A DNA stretch of 48,174 bases, filler included, from Stramenopiles sp. TOSAG23-2 (taxonomy: Eukaryota): NCBI GenBank assembly GCA_900128395.1. It is 2 parts of 2 records of this genome, joined end to end, with 100 filler letters (N's around TTAATTAATTAA, not from the genome) between each part and the next. Parts side by side here need not be neighbours in the genome. Positions count along the whole stretch, not along the records: positions 1 to 24,050 come from LT649472.1; positions 24,151 to 48,174 come from LT649473.1. One strand, written 5' to 3'. Made by a program: the position numbers and the translations under genes. Of this stretch, positions 20,979 to 33,350 are shown one piece after another (within the stretch, counting starts at the first letter, position 1; every line of letters starts with the position of its first letter). The notes under the pieces are model-generated. The model saw only the letters and a program-made list of their open reading frames with translations. It was not told the origin of the DNA and searched no databases.

Positions 20979-23166
20979 ATGGAAGTACAAGAACAAAATG
21001 CGAATATGTTTCCAACAACATCAACGCAATCGATGATATTATGTTGCATGGAAGTACAAGAACAAAATGCGAATATGTTTCCAACAACATCAACGCAATC
21101 GATGATATTATGTTGCATGTGTGGTACACCAATCACACCAAATACATCGAACATGTGTGGGAATTGCTTAGCAACGAAAGTCGATATTACCGAAGGTATT
21201 TCGAAGCAATTGATCGTCCATCATTGCCGTGGATGTGATCGCTATTTACGCCCACCATGGACACAAGTCAAACCAGAATCAAAGGAATTAATGGCTTTAT
21301 TATTACGTAAAATTCGTGGACTGAAAAAAGTTAAATTAATTGATGCAAACTTTATATGGACTGAACCACATAGTAAACGTATCAAAGTGAAGTTAAAAGT
21401 ACAAAAAGAACAATTTACAAAATTAGTATTGCAACAAGAATTCATAGTTGAATATGTAGTAGCAAATCAATTTTGTGAAGATTGCCATCGTAAGTTTATC
21501 TAAAATATATATATATATATTGAATCAATGTATCCCATCTATTACCAGCCATAAATGTACTAACATAATAATTATTACAGGTAACGTTGCTGGTCAAACA
21601 TGGAAAGCAGTTGTACAAGTACGACAAAAGGTAAGCCATAAGAAAACGTTTTTATTTTTAGAACAATTGATTTTAAAACACAATGCACATGATGCAACGT
21701 TACAAATTAAAACATTACCAGATGGTATTGATTTTTTCTTTGCACAACGTAGTCATGCATTACGATTTATTGACTTTGTATCAAGTATCATGTCTGTACG
21801 AAGTAAAGTATCGAAGCAATTGGTATCCGCTGATTTAAAAAACAATGATTATAATTATAAATTTAGTTACATGGTGGAAATTGTTCCTGTATGTAAACAT
21901 GATTTAATGGCCATACCAAAGACATTAGCAAATAATATTGGTACGATACCTAGCTTGACAGTATGTGATCGTATTGGTACGACAATACAAGTAGTCGATC
22001 CATTATCTGGTCAAACTGCAGAATTTGATTCTATTAAATATTGGAAAACACCATTTCGTCCATTTGCAGTTGGAAAACAATTAATTGAATGCGTTGTTAT
22101 TGATATTCAACCATGTGGGGATGATGTTACGAAAAAAGGAAATGCAATACGTCAACGTCGTATGGTAAAAGTAAAAAGACGCAGGGCAACACATGCTGGA
22201 TTATCGAATCGTAGTAAAAAATACAAAATGGTATATGTAGAAGTAGCCAAAGCAAGTGATTTAGGTGTTAACGATGAACGTTGTATTGTAAAATCACATC
22301 TTGGTAATATTTTAAAAATTGGTGATAGTGTAAGTAAATATACGCAGAGAATGATTCACATATCTATGAATAATATCCTTTTAAACGATGTATAGAAGAA
22401 GAACACATTACTAACATATATATATATCCTTTCCAATATTATTATATTCTTTTTCATTTTCTTCTAGGTACTTGCATATGATACAAAAAATATTGTATAT
22501 AACGATGCAGATGTAGAACCAATCATGGGGAAACGTGGTGGTGAACCAGATTTCCCAGATTATGTTTTAGTTAAGAAATTTTATCCAAGTCGACGTGTGA
22601 AAGAAAAACGTATGAAACGTATTTGGCAATTGCATTCATTAGCACAAAGTGGCGCAAATGTTACAAATATGGATGTGGAAGACGAAGGTAGTAGTGGTAA
22701 AAAGAAGAAGAAAAGTGGTAAAGATCGACAATCAAGGCGTGTACGTGATGTATTGGCAAGAGGCCAAGTAGATTATGAACATTTTTTGCAAGATTTAGAG
22801 GAAGATCCAGAATTACGATCCCGTATTAATTTATATAGTAAACCAAATGTTGTAGCAAAGGCCAATGCTAAGGAGGACGGGGATGATGCAACGATGGATG
22901 ACAATGATAATAATAGCAATAGTAGTGAAGATGAAGATGATGATTTCCCAGAAATTCAATTAAATGAATTGTTAGATGGGTTAACATTGACTAATAATAA
23001 CAACAACAACAACAAAGTGTCATCTGTTGTTGATGATAATCGACTTACTAATGAAGGCAGTACTACATTTAATTTAGCAAATGTCACCGTGTTACCACCA
23101 ACATATACATTAAATGAAAATGCAGAAGTTGTGAATGATGATGTTGTTGATGAGAATGATTTATAA
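20979..23166 (+). CDS. NMD3: 60S ribosomal export adaptor NMD3; 3 exons (20979-21489, 21581-22329, 22468-23166)
   Basis: ILCCMCGTPITPN..NMCGNCL, VDITEGI, ELMALLL, IDANFIWTEPHSKRIKVK, WKAVVQVRQKVSHKKTFLFLEQLILKH, SHLGNILKIGD and DYEHFLQDLEEDPELRSRINLY. Introns 21490-21580 and 22330-22467 are GTAAGT...AG and keep frame. The first 23 codons are duplicated. Confidence 0.97.
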
Positions 23167-23354
23167 AACATATAATATATATATATAAAAACAAAATATC
23201 AGGTATACGACGAAGAGTATATGTGTTACCACCAACATATACATTAAATGAAAATGCAGAAGTTGTGAATGATGATGTTGTTGATGAGAATGATTTATAA
23301 AACATATAATATATATATATAAACAAAATATCAGGTATACGACGAAGAGTATAT
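23089..23354. repeat. Tandem duplication, period 134 bp, covering the NMD3 stop
   Basis: gtgttaccaccaacatatac at 23089 and 23223; the copies differ slightly at the AT microsatellite. Confidence 0.9.
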
Positions 23355-23569
23355 ATATATATATATATCTAGATCGTGTGTGTATCTAGTATATATATTT
23401 TTTTACATTCAATCTCTCACAGAACTCTCTTTTTTCGCTCTCCTCTCCCGGCTCTCAGTACATTTAAATCATACCAGAGTACAATATTATTATATCATAT
23501 ATATAATGTGTGACAAATTATATTAGATATATACTTAAATGCAAAAGAGAGAAAATAAACATATATAAC

Positions 23570-24050
23570 ATGGGATGCAATCAATCGAATGAATACGAGG
23601 GACCGAATCCATACCCACCACCTTCCACCTCTAGTTATGAAGTGGAAGAAATACATTATCAAATAACATTTTTACCAAATCATGAAATTATTGGTGAATT
23701 TGAACAAAAAATAATAACTAACCCATTAAATAATAGTAGTAGTAGTAGTAGTAGTAGTAGTGATATGTATAAAAAAGAAATGAAACATAATGTCTATATA
23801 AAATCAATTCATCCATCTGTATTAACATACTGTGTGGATGATCATGGTATGAAAGTTGGTGATGTAATAGAAAAGATTCGTACTGATGGTCCAGATGGTA
23901 TTGAACAGGATGTTATTGAGTTAAATAAAACAACAAATTCGTTATTAACGGATGAACGTCCAATTACATTAACTTGTTCTGGAAAACGTTGCAATGATGC
24001 AATGTATTGGGCATGGGAGAAACGTAAAGAATATAAGAAAGAATTTCCAC
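23570..24050 (+). CDS. Hypothetical N-acylated protein with a possible PDZ-like domain, truncated by the assembly gap
   Basis: Start MGCNQS (Gly2/Cys3 myristoylation/palmitoylation pattern). VYIKSIHP...GMKVGDVIEKI...RPITLT resembles PDZ strands. The ORF runs into Ns. Confidence 0.6.
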
Positions 24051-24150
24051 NNNNNNNNNNNNNNNNNNNNNNNNNNNNNNNNNNNNNNNNNNNNTTAATT
24101 AATTAANNNNNNNNNNNNNNNNNNNNNNNNNNNNNNNNNNNNNNNNNNNN
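24051..24150. other. Synthetic contig linker: 44 N + TTAATTAATTAA + 44 N
   Basis: Exactly 100 bp and symmetric, with a palindromic 12-mer that puts stop codons in all six frames. Confidence 0.95.
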
Positions 24151-24328
24151 AATTCTCGTGTTGCTCGTCGACATAGATGAACAGAGAAATAAGAATTTCG
24201 AAAGATTTCGACAAACTTTAACTAGAAGTAAGTGTCATTAGACCGTTGTCATTTCCGTGTGTAAGATATAAATATATGTACTTTTTTCCACATACACACG
24301 TCTTCAACACCGTAGTGTATACAATATT

Positions 24329-24922
24329 ATGGAACGTTTAGACCATACCAATTTAGATTTTGAACAGTTATCCTTGCATTGTTCTAAATTTATACAAGAT
24401 TTAGTCATGTTTGTATTAGAACATATGCATAATGATATGGAAATCTTTTTTAAGGAAAATTGCTTAGAAGTAGATCCGAAAGATGAAACACATAGTCATA
24501 AATATTATGCATTGTTTGAAGAATATTCAGAATTGTTGGAATCCAAATTGGAAGTCTTTGTTGAACAACAAGGTTTAAATGCTAAGACGTTATTTAAAAA
24601 ATTACAAGCAGCACAAGAGGAAAATGAAATGGCAGCCCAAATTGTACAATATTTATTAGGGGCAACAGATTATGAACGTTTTGTAGATTTACTGCTGGAT
24701 CGACAATTATATTTTTATGGTCCATACGCAAATGAACCAAACGATTTATTGCGAGATTTTGGTGAAGGTAACGAAGATAACAAAAAGAAAAGTGTCGAAG
24801 ATGAAGGTGGTAAAAAAAATGATGATAATGATATAAACGATAATAAAATAGTTAGTGAAGGTAAAAAAGATGATGATAAAGAAGACGATAATGTTGTAAT
24901 GAAGAAGAGTTCAAAGAAATAA
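24329..24922 (+). CDS. BART-domain protein (CFAP36/ARL2BP-like)
   Basis: MEIFFKENCLEVD..ETHSHKYYALFEEYSELLESKLEVFVEQQG...YLLGATDYERFVDLL follows the BART helical pattern, followed by an acidic/lysine tail. The 5' end is unresolved next to the gap. Confidence 0.75.
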   Translation: MERLDHTNLDFEQLSLHCSKFIQDLVMFVLEHMHNDMEIFFKENCLEVDPKDETHSHKYYALFEEYSELLESKLEVFVEQQGLNAKTLFKKLQAAQEENEMAAQIVQYLLGATDYERFVDLLLDRQLYFYGPYANEPNDLLRDFGEGNEDNKKKSVEDEGGKKNDDNDINDNKIVSEGKKDDDKEDDNVVMKKSSKK

Positions 24923-25463
24923 AAAAAAATGATGCACGCTTCTCCACAAAAATTGTTATTATGTGTGTTGTGTGTAATCAATATGTTTTTAATTTTAAAA
25001 AATATTATATAATATATATATTATATTTTACAATACACACACACATATTCTCTCTCTCTCTACCAATTGCTGACATACACATAATACGAACAAAGACATT
25101 AATTATTTATTCTCTTTTTTTGTTATTTTATTTTTTATTTTATAAAAATAAAACATTGGAAAATTATCCAAAAAAACAAACTCATCATCACGTCGATATT
25201 ATTTATCAATTTACTAGCACACAAGTACACACAAAGAAAGCATACACACATACATTTAAACTATATATATGATGTATATATATAATATATATATATAATT
25301 TTTTTTGATTTTCTACACCAAAAATAAATGTCAATAAATATTAATAATATGCATAGAAAAGAAAATATCATTTGATATTGATAGAATCTCCTTTATTGAT
25401 ATTATTTATTATACATTTGTTTTTGCATATAGTTTTCATTCATTTTCTCTGCTGTGTCTCAAA

Positions 25464-27364
25464 CTATTGTTGCATAGCCATTGCTGATCTATCAATGAAA
25501 CTAAAATCGCAGCACATTGAAAAATGATCAGATGGATATTTTGAACATGGCATAGCTGTTGATGTTCCTAATATCTCTTCCATTTCCTCTTGTGATGGTA
25601 TATCAAGCACCGCAGTTGGTGCAAGACGATCTGCACTGTACCAAATATAATCAAGTGCACCTTTGAAATGTCCTGTATAATTTGTAAAACCTGGTTCTTG
25701 GCCAAGAACACTTGCATATGCCTGTATATATACATATATGGAAATTATGTTAGTATGATGAAATTGAGGATGTTCGATATATATATATTTTAACAACATA
25801 CACTTTGCAATGCTAAATTATGCGTTAATTTACCCATTGGCGGCAAGATACCAAGTGTATCTTTCTGTACATCTTCATGTAATCTAGATACACTTGCATG
25901 AGCTAATAAATTATATACACTACTATCGGGCGAACTGTTGAAATCCCCCATCAATATTAATGGAATATCATTTGACGTTATAAAATTTTGCAATTCTTTT
26001 ATTAATATATGTGCTTGCCATAATTTTACATCCGCATATTGTGGATCCCAATAAATATGTACGTTACTAATACATATTTGCACTGGTACGTTGTAAGAGC
26101 CAAGCATTTCCAAGACGCAGATTTGTGCAACGTTGTCTCGTAATAAACGCTTCACGCTAGTGTCATTGGCACCTTCTAATGGCACATCTCCTGTAAACCG
26201 ATTTTCTTTGGCCATCTTCAATGCCGCCTCATTGAATTCTATAACATTGTTTATCCGTAATTGAAATTTGCTACGTTTGTAAAAAGTTGCGCAACCATCG
26301 ACACGCCCAGCTGGTCCAAATGCTTCGCGTGTCTTTTGCTTGTATAAACCTTCATATCCTAATTGATTTAATTGTGGGTACAAAAAATTTTCGAAATGAT
26401 CTGCTTGAACTTCTTGCATGCATAAAACATCTGCATCGTATCCCATCAATTCTCTTAATATCATATCCTTACGGAAGTTCCAACTCAGAGCCCACATCGG
26501 ACAATATGGAAACATAGTTTGTGTTGCATATATAGCAGCTAATAAATTATAAGTTACAACCCTAACACGGTCATTGGTTACATGGTGTTGCGCTTGTGCG
26601 TATATTACTTGGCGTGGTGGTGGCATTTCAGGGAATGGCAACACCATTTTGGATATTCGTGATGCAGTAGCACCTGTATTTGACATGATATTGACTTTCA
26701 ATAAATGATCAACGTCCTCATTGGTTGGTGTATGGTCTTTTGTATATGCAACTACTTCCCATTCCGTATCGGAGGTTTGATCTTTCATATATCCTGGCTC
26801 ACCATTTAATGCATTATATACTTCATCTTTATTTTGTAAATTTGTTGAATTTTTACGAAATGTTTGCTGCTCTTTCATTTTCGTCCAACATTCTTTTAAA
26901 CATTTAGTGGAACAAAAACGTTTTGGTACTTCAAAACATATACTTTCATATTTCGCTTGTTTGCCTTGGGATTTGCTAGTGCAATTTTCATTACTGCAAC
27001 CGAACGATTGGACACTACGCGACCATTCCCAAGTAGCATTTGTCTCGTCAATAACACCAACATCACGTAAATATGACCTTGTATCAATTTGTACAGATTC
27101 TACAGGCTGTTCAATTCGTACGGTAAATGCACGTGAATGTGTCTTCCCTTTGCTTGAAGGTACACCACCAACAGTTTTACTACGCGAATAACGATTGGGA
27201 TTACTAGGTGTAAACGTTACACCATTCGCTAAACCACGCTCTAAACTTTGCTCTACACTAGATTGCGGCCTTTCCTTTATAACACTTGATGCTTTATCAT
27301 CTATAATAGTTGCTTCACTACTATTGCCATTTGTAACAATACTACTATTATTATTTTCATCCAT
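25464..27364 (-). CDS. CCR4: CCR4-family deadenylase (EEP superfamily) with a plant-CCR4-like N-terminal Cys region and no LRR; 2 exons (27364-25802, 25721-25464)
   Basis: TYNLLA..YAT..MFPYCPMWALSWNFRK, CMQEVQ, DGCATFYKRSKF, NVHIYWDP...DVKLWQ, GDFNSSPDS, FTNYTGHFKGALDYIWY, PSDH. Intron 25801-25722 (GTATGT...TACTAAC...CAG) gives LQSAYAS. Confidence 0.93.
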
Positions 27365-28587
27365 CTTTAAAAAAAAAACAACACTATAACTATAATTCCT
27401 AACAAACAAAAATACCTATCCTATATATAACTTATATATATAACTTGCAAACTATATGTATATTATATATATATATACAATATAATATAATATAATATAA
27501 TAGAATCTATTTATATATATATATATATATATACTATACGAAAATTAAAAAAAACTATACTACTTTTGTCTATGGTGCTATGATATTATTATAATTTCAC
27601 CAATTTTTCAACCATGTCCTTTTCTTATAAGTATATATATGTGTGTCTGTCTTGTACCGTTCTTTATTCTTTGTATTTTCTGTATATTGTTATTGTAATT
27701 GAAAATATTACTTTATTAATGACTATAATCTTTTCAATCGTTGTTCTATCTCTTAATCAATCTACTATTTGTTCTATAATTTAATAAGAATGAGTATTAA
27801 TTATAATTGATATTATAGATATAATAATAGTAGATATAGAAAATGGTGTGATGTGCTGATATGATATGATGTGGTTAAGTTTATTTCACTCTTACTTGTT
27901 CTGTACTGTATTGATAGGAACAGAAAGAGAGGATTATAGAGTTAGTTGGAGTTGCCGCCGTCAAAAAATCGATTGGTGGTGATGATAATGTACAATTTAT
28001 ACATTTTATTGTTTAAATATACGATCACATTATACATAGCACTAAAATTACCATGGATATTTTTTTTTTTTACAATTTATTTCTAACAAAAACTCCAATT
28101 AAATTTAATGAGCGTCTTGTGTTCCGAACTCAAATTTAGGATAGTCGGATAATATGAACGTATGAATACTATAGGCCAAAAAATTTCTTTTTGCTCGGCA
28201 TCTTCCAAACCCTACACATAACTACCACAGAAATATTTTTGTGATTTTGTTCATTATAATATTGATCCTTATTTAGACTTATATGTTGTTGCATATTTCG
28301 ATATTCGGCCTCTATGTTTGAAAATATGAATAACTGCCCGTAGTAGCACTATCATAGCAGCATTACCGTTCGTTATCATCCGGATTACAAGAAGAAACGA
28401 TGAATAAATAAAAATAGAATTAAACACATGACATATTAAACAACGTGGTAACCATCAAATCTATCTCATCTATCCTTCTCTAGAGACTATATCAAAAGAG
28501 AGTATAATATTTCGAAAACCTGTATTAGCTATATAGTAGAGATATAAATACAAACATTACGTATTATATATAAATCTCATCATCATC

Positions 28588-30537
28588 ATGGATGAAAGTA
28601 AATATGATAATAACCAAATGATGGAAAATTCTATGAAGGATGAAGGAAAAATGGGTGATACAACTGACCAAGGAAAAGGACCTGCCGCAGCGCTTGAACT
28701 GGAACATGCCATCGGGTACAGTGGGATGGTGTACGATTCATTAGTATATCATCCAAATGGACAAGACTTTGTATATCCAGCTGGTGGATGCTTAGTTGTA
28801 TGCGATTTTAATGATCCACATAACCAAGTATTTTTACGTGGACATGATGATAATTTAAGTTGTGTATGTGTGTCTAGAAGTGGACGTATCGCTGCTACTG
28901 GACAAAAAGGTTTAAATGCCGATGTTGTTGTCTGGTCCTACGGGGATGGGAACGATAAAAGTGCACTTTATCGATTTAGCGAGCACGATCATGGTATTGC
29001 CTGTATGTCATTCTCCCAAGACGAACGATTATTAGTAACTTGTGGTGTTGATGACGATGGCAAAGTTTTCGTATGGGATTTAGCTACTGGTAACATAGTT
29101 GCAACTGCTAGAGGGCAAAAAGGAACGAAAGTGGTAAAATTTGGTAGTATGGTTAAAAATGTGAAACGACGTGCGACTGCGGATTATCAATTTATCACTG
29201 CTGGCGTAGGCACACTTTGCTATTGGACTTTATCCCCGCAAACTGGTCAATTAACGTGTGAAAAAATTCCATCAAGAGTACAAAGAAATTACACATGTTG
29301 TGCTTGGACGGATGATTATGAAATGGCATTAGTAGGTAGTGAAAGTGGTGATTTTGTTTATTGCATGTTCCCGGATAAAAAGAAAATTAGCGTATGCGAT
29401 AGTGTATCCGCATGTGCAGGTGGTGTACATTCCATCGTTGCAAGTGGTACCTTGGCAGATGATACAATAAGTGTATGTATCGGTGGCGGGGATGGAACAG
29501 TGACCATTTACAAACGTGATCGACGTGGTTTCATTGATGAAGCAGCCGTTACATTGGAAGGTCAAGTTATGAGTTTAAGTAAAAGTGCTGATGGGGCAGA
29601 AATATTAGCAGGCACGAAAAGTGGCTTTGTCTATCGCTTAAGGACGCAAGGGTTGGCAGCATTGTTATTAGCGGAAACACATAGTGCAAGTGTCACAGCA
29701 GTTGCATATGCACCAAATGTTAGTGAGCGTTTTGTGACTGCTAGTGCAGATGGTACTTTGCGTATTTGGGATGCATCGGATTACACAGTTAGTGTGAAAT
29801 GCTTTGTTGGGGATGGCGGTGCACCAACATGTATAGCTTTGTTTTTAGATGCTATGATCAGTGGTTGGTCCGATGGTAAAATTCGTTGCCACAGCGCAAC
29901 GAATGGGGAATGGCTATGGCATATACCAAATGCACATCGGGGTGGCGTCACTGCCTTAGTATTGAGTTCCAACCAACGTTTTGTGATATCTGGTGGACAA
30001 GAAGGGGAAGTACGTGTATGGGAATTAAGAAGTCGTGAATTAGTATCGCATTTAAAAGAACATACCATGATGGTTACTTGCATTGCACTTTTTGATGACG
30101 ATGTGCATGCATTGACATGTAGTCGCGATCGTAGTTTCTTATGTTGGGATTTACGTAGGGAAAAGCGTATATCAAATCATACGCAACGAATGGGCGGAAT
30201 GAATGCAATTGCATTAAGTAGGGATCAAACACAAGTTATGACAGTAGGACAAGAACGAAAAATTACATATTGGGACTTACGCGAAGCAAATCCAGTTCAA
30301 GTAGCAGATCATGAGGGAGAAGCAAGATGTATAGCAGTATCATATACTGGACAATTTATAGCAACAGGTAGCAACGATCAATTAGTACGATTATGGGATT
30401 ATGCAACCGGACGTAAGATTATGGATGGCGTTGGTCATAGTGGCCCTGTTTTATCTGTAGCATTTAGCCCTGACGACCGCCAATTAGTTAGTGTAGGAGA
30501 AGATGGATGTGTTTTTGTATGGAATGTATATGCATAA
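28588..30537 (+). CDS. CFAP52: WD40-repeat cilia/flagella protein, CFAP52 (WDR16)-like
   Basis: LELEHAIGYSG...YHPNG..FVYPAG...QVFLRGH..CVCVSRSGRIAATGQ...ADVVVW N-terminus and GVGHSG...LVSVGEDG..FVW C-terminus, with many GH/WD repeats. The ~650-aa length is typical. It could be a paralog. Confidence 0.8.
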   Translation: MDESKYDNNQMMENSMKDEGKMGDTTDQGKGPAAALELEHAIGYSGMVYDSLVYHPNGQDFVYPAGGCLVVCDFNDPHNQVFLRGHDDNLSCVCVSRSGRIAATGQKGLNADVVVWSYGDGNDKSALYRFSEHDHGIACMSFSQDERLLVTCGVDDDGKVFVWDLATGNIVATARGQKGTKVVKFGSMVKNVKRRATADYQFITAGVGTLCYWTLSPQTGQLTCEKIPSRVQRNYTCCAWTDDYEMALVGSESGDFVYCMFPDKKKISVCDSVSACAGGVHSIVASGTLADDTISVCIGGGDGTVTIYKRDRRGFIDEAAVTLEGQVMSLSKSADGAEILAGTKSGFVYRLRTQGLAALLLAETHSASVTAVAYAPNVSERFVTASADGTLRIWDASDYTVSVKCFVGDGGAPTCIALFLDAMISGWSDGKIRCHSATNGEWLWHIPNAHRGGVTALVLSSNQRFVISGGQEGEVRVWELRSRELVSHLKEHTMMVTCIALFDDDVHALTCSRDRSFLCWDLRREKRISNHTQRMGGMNAIALSRDQTQVMTVGQERKITYWDLREANPVQVADHEGEARCIAVSYTGQFIATGSNDQLVRLWDYATGRKIMDGVGHSGPVLSVAFSPDDRQLVSVGEDGCVFVWNVYA

Positions 30538-31189
30538 TATTTTTAATATGTATATATACACAAAAAAAAATTATGATGGAAAAACTTTAGTCAAAATAAA
30601 TAATCATTAATGCATCCAATATTGATAATGAAAGAAAAAAGAAGAAGAGATAATGATACCAGGTAAATATGGTTTAAGATTGTGTTATTGTGATTAATAT
30701 AATACGTGACATGTGCATAAACTGAAAACTGTGAGAGAGAAAGAATATGGTACATATGTTTAATAATCATTATTTCGTACTTTAAAACTATGTGAAAAAA
30801 ATAAAATAAAAAAATAAAAATTATGCACACGAAAACTTTCGTAACATATTTTTAAAAATACGAGTGTACTAGAGCGTAAAAATATATTATTACTCGAATC
30901 TCGTACGAAAAGTTCGTACACATCATCGTATATTCTATAAAAATATGTTATTAAAATTCTATACTTGCACTCGTTATGATACTGTATGTTCGTACTTGTG
31001 TAGTGTTTTTTCTATCTCATTTTATTAGGTGCAGAGGATAATTACATTTAATATTATATGGTGTGCATCATATTATATTTTTTAAATTTTTTTTACGAGT
31101 TCGTACATGTACATAAGGTATGTACGCACACAAAACTAATATTTTATCATATAAAAACGAAAATATAAAATATAATATATGATAGATGG

Positions 31190-32620
31190 TTACAAACTAC
31201 TACTACTCCTACGTTGCTCACTATTTCCAGCATCACTTTCTTGTTTGTCTGCTTCTCCAGGAATTCGTATACGATACGCAGGGAAATGACTAGTCACTGT
31301 ACCTTCGTTTAACCATTTTATTTTACATGTTCCATGTTTTTCATTAAATTCCATTACTTTGCCTTCTCGCCAATGATCATTTTTCCATCTACCGATTTGA
31401 CCTTCGATTCTCATACCTGATAATAATTTATTTTCAATACCAATATCATACATCAAAGGTACTAAACCAATATCTCTGGTCTGCGTTGCACCACGATTCA
31501 TTTCATTCACCGAACGATATATCGCCTCTGCAGTTCCAATTGGATTATCAATTGTTAATGTATGACCAGCGCCATTTACTTTGTATACTGCCATTTTGTC
31601 AGCTATTTCTTTTTCCACATTATCTCGATATTCTTCTGCTGGTCCAATATCCATCCAATCGCTTTCACCATATATAAATGATACCGATGGTATCTTTTTA
31701 AAGACGCTTGTGAAACGATGGATTAATGGTGATCGTGCATATGCTCCAGGTTTCAACAATGTTGCATGGCTATATCCACCTCCACTTACATTACCATTGA
31801 TAACATTATAATAAAATTGATCAGCTACCAGATCACGGTTATACCATGACATACCAGGACGGTATCTACTACTGCAATATAAATCAGTAGTCCATCGTCG
31901 ACCAATCGTATTTACTACATTAAAATTGGAATATCCTGAACTCCATCCAGCACGAAGTGTACCGAAAAGAAATCGTACATAAAATGGAGCTTGTGACATA
32001 TCTCTTGCCTTTGCATCTGGAATACCTACGGGTGATATTAATGTTAAATTTTCAATACGTTCAGGGTAACGCTCTGCGTAACAAAATGAGATATATCCAC
32101 CCATACTGTGGCCTACTAAACATATTTTTTCAAATTTCATTTTCTCTCTCCATTCTTCTATTGCATCAACAAAATAAGATTCTGCAACTTTCAAATCACA
32201 ATTTTCCCCATACCCATGCTTCCATTTATCTCTTGTAGATAAACCACATCCTAACATATCAAGTGCAAAAACATGTCTTTGTAAATTACTTGTCAATACA
32301 GGAAGGACCGCATAATAATTTGACGCTGATTGAGAGTGTCCATGAAGCATTACTAACGGTGCCTTTTCTTTTACATCTACCGTTTGATCATGGGAAAAAT
32401 GGACGGTATACAGTTGATTTGTTTTCTTATCTTTATTCTCTGCATCTTTGCTATCATCAATGCCTGGACTATTTAATACTATATTTTCAGCAACATATGT
32501 AATTTTCTTTCTAACCGTCCCTTTCAAAGCTTTGGTGGTTTCATACCATTTTATACCAAAATTTAATAGTTTTATATTCGCTTGTCGCAACATTTCATCC
32601 GTACTAGGAGTATTTCCCAT
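31190..32620 (-). CDS. Alpha/beta hydrolase, ABHD4/ABHD5 (CGI-58/Ict1)-like lipase/acyltransferase, with an extra C-terminal beta domain
   Basis: PLVMLHG, ALDMLGCGLSTR, ESYFVDAIEEWR, nucleophile elbow GHSMGGY, LISPVG, FIYGESDWMD and AGHTLTIDNP (HX4D). MGNT start could be myristoylated. Confidence 0.9.
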   Translation of the reverse strand: MGNTPSTDEMLRQANIKLLNFGIKWYETTKALKGTVRKKITYVAENIVLNSPGIDDSKDAENKDKKTNQLYTVHFSHDQTVDVKEKAPLVMLHGHSQSASNYYAVLPVLTSNLQRHVFALDMLGCGLSTRDKWKHGYGENCDLKVAESYFVDAIEEWREKMKFEKICLVGHSMGGYISFCYAERYPERIENLTLISPVGIPDAKARDMSQAPFYVRFLFGTLRAGWSSGYSNFNVVNTIGRRWTTDLYCSSRYRPGMSWYNRDLVADQFYYNVINGNVSGGGYSHATLLKPGAYARSPLIHRFTSVFKKIPSVSFIYGESDWMDIGPAEEYRDNVEKEIADKMAVYKVNGAGHTLTIDNPIGTAEAIYRSVNEMNRGATQTRDIGLVPLMYDIGIENKLLSGMRIEGQIGRWKNDHWREGKVMEFNEKHGTCKIKWLNEGTVTSHFPAYRIRIPGEADKQESDAGNSEQRRSSSSL

Positions 32621-33350
32621 GTATCTATTTCGTTATCAAATTGCTTTATTATTTAAATAATATATTAGTTGTGAAGAAAAAAATTTGTATAAAGACTGAC
32701 AATAACAATTACATCATCTATGTATGTTCTACATATTTACCCGTGAATAATACATTCAATAGACCAACATAGTTGTTGTTTTTGGTGCGTATTTTTTGTT
32801 CTATTATAGTGCATTACGTAAAGCAACTGCTAAAGCTATAATAGCACAATACAGATTTCATATAAAATAACTATAGCACGCTAATAGCAGGTGCAATAGT
32901 CTAGGCAAAATAATTGCCTATAATATAATAGTGTAAGGAGGAAAAATGTGGCTGTCATGCTGTCATCAGCAGGTTTTTTATAGAGTTTTTGGGAGAATCT
33001 TCATTTTTTGGATTGCGATTCATGATATAATGAATTCTCAAATCTAAATCTCAGATTTTTTACGTCATCTGATTGTTTAGGTTGCCTCCTGCAAATTTTA
33101 TGGGTATTTATTTCCATTTCAGGAAATTTTAGCATTTTTAAATATTTAATATTAATATAGTTATATTATATCATATATAATATATATTTTTTACTGTTTG
33201 TCAATCTAAATTTAATATATTAGAATGGAAAAAATATATTGAAAAAAAAAGATTGTGACCATGCGATTTCTATAAACTGGCTACGTATGCACAACTCTCT
33301 GCTGTCAACTCTGGCAATTATGAAAGTGCCACAATACTATTAACATGCTA

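Noticed and set aside
24051-24150. TTAATTAATTAA palindrome as a biological site, and gene linkage across it
   Set aside because: It is a synthetic six-frame-stop linker inside Ns. The two sides are separate contigs, so adjacency, or fusion of the PDZ-like and BART ORFs, cannot be inferred.
24151-24328. Upstream exon for the BART-domain gene via GTAAGT at 24228 and AG at 24315
   Set aside because: The phases do not join the open upstream frame to the BART ORF without a stop, so it is left unresolved.
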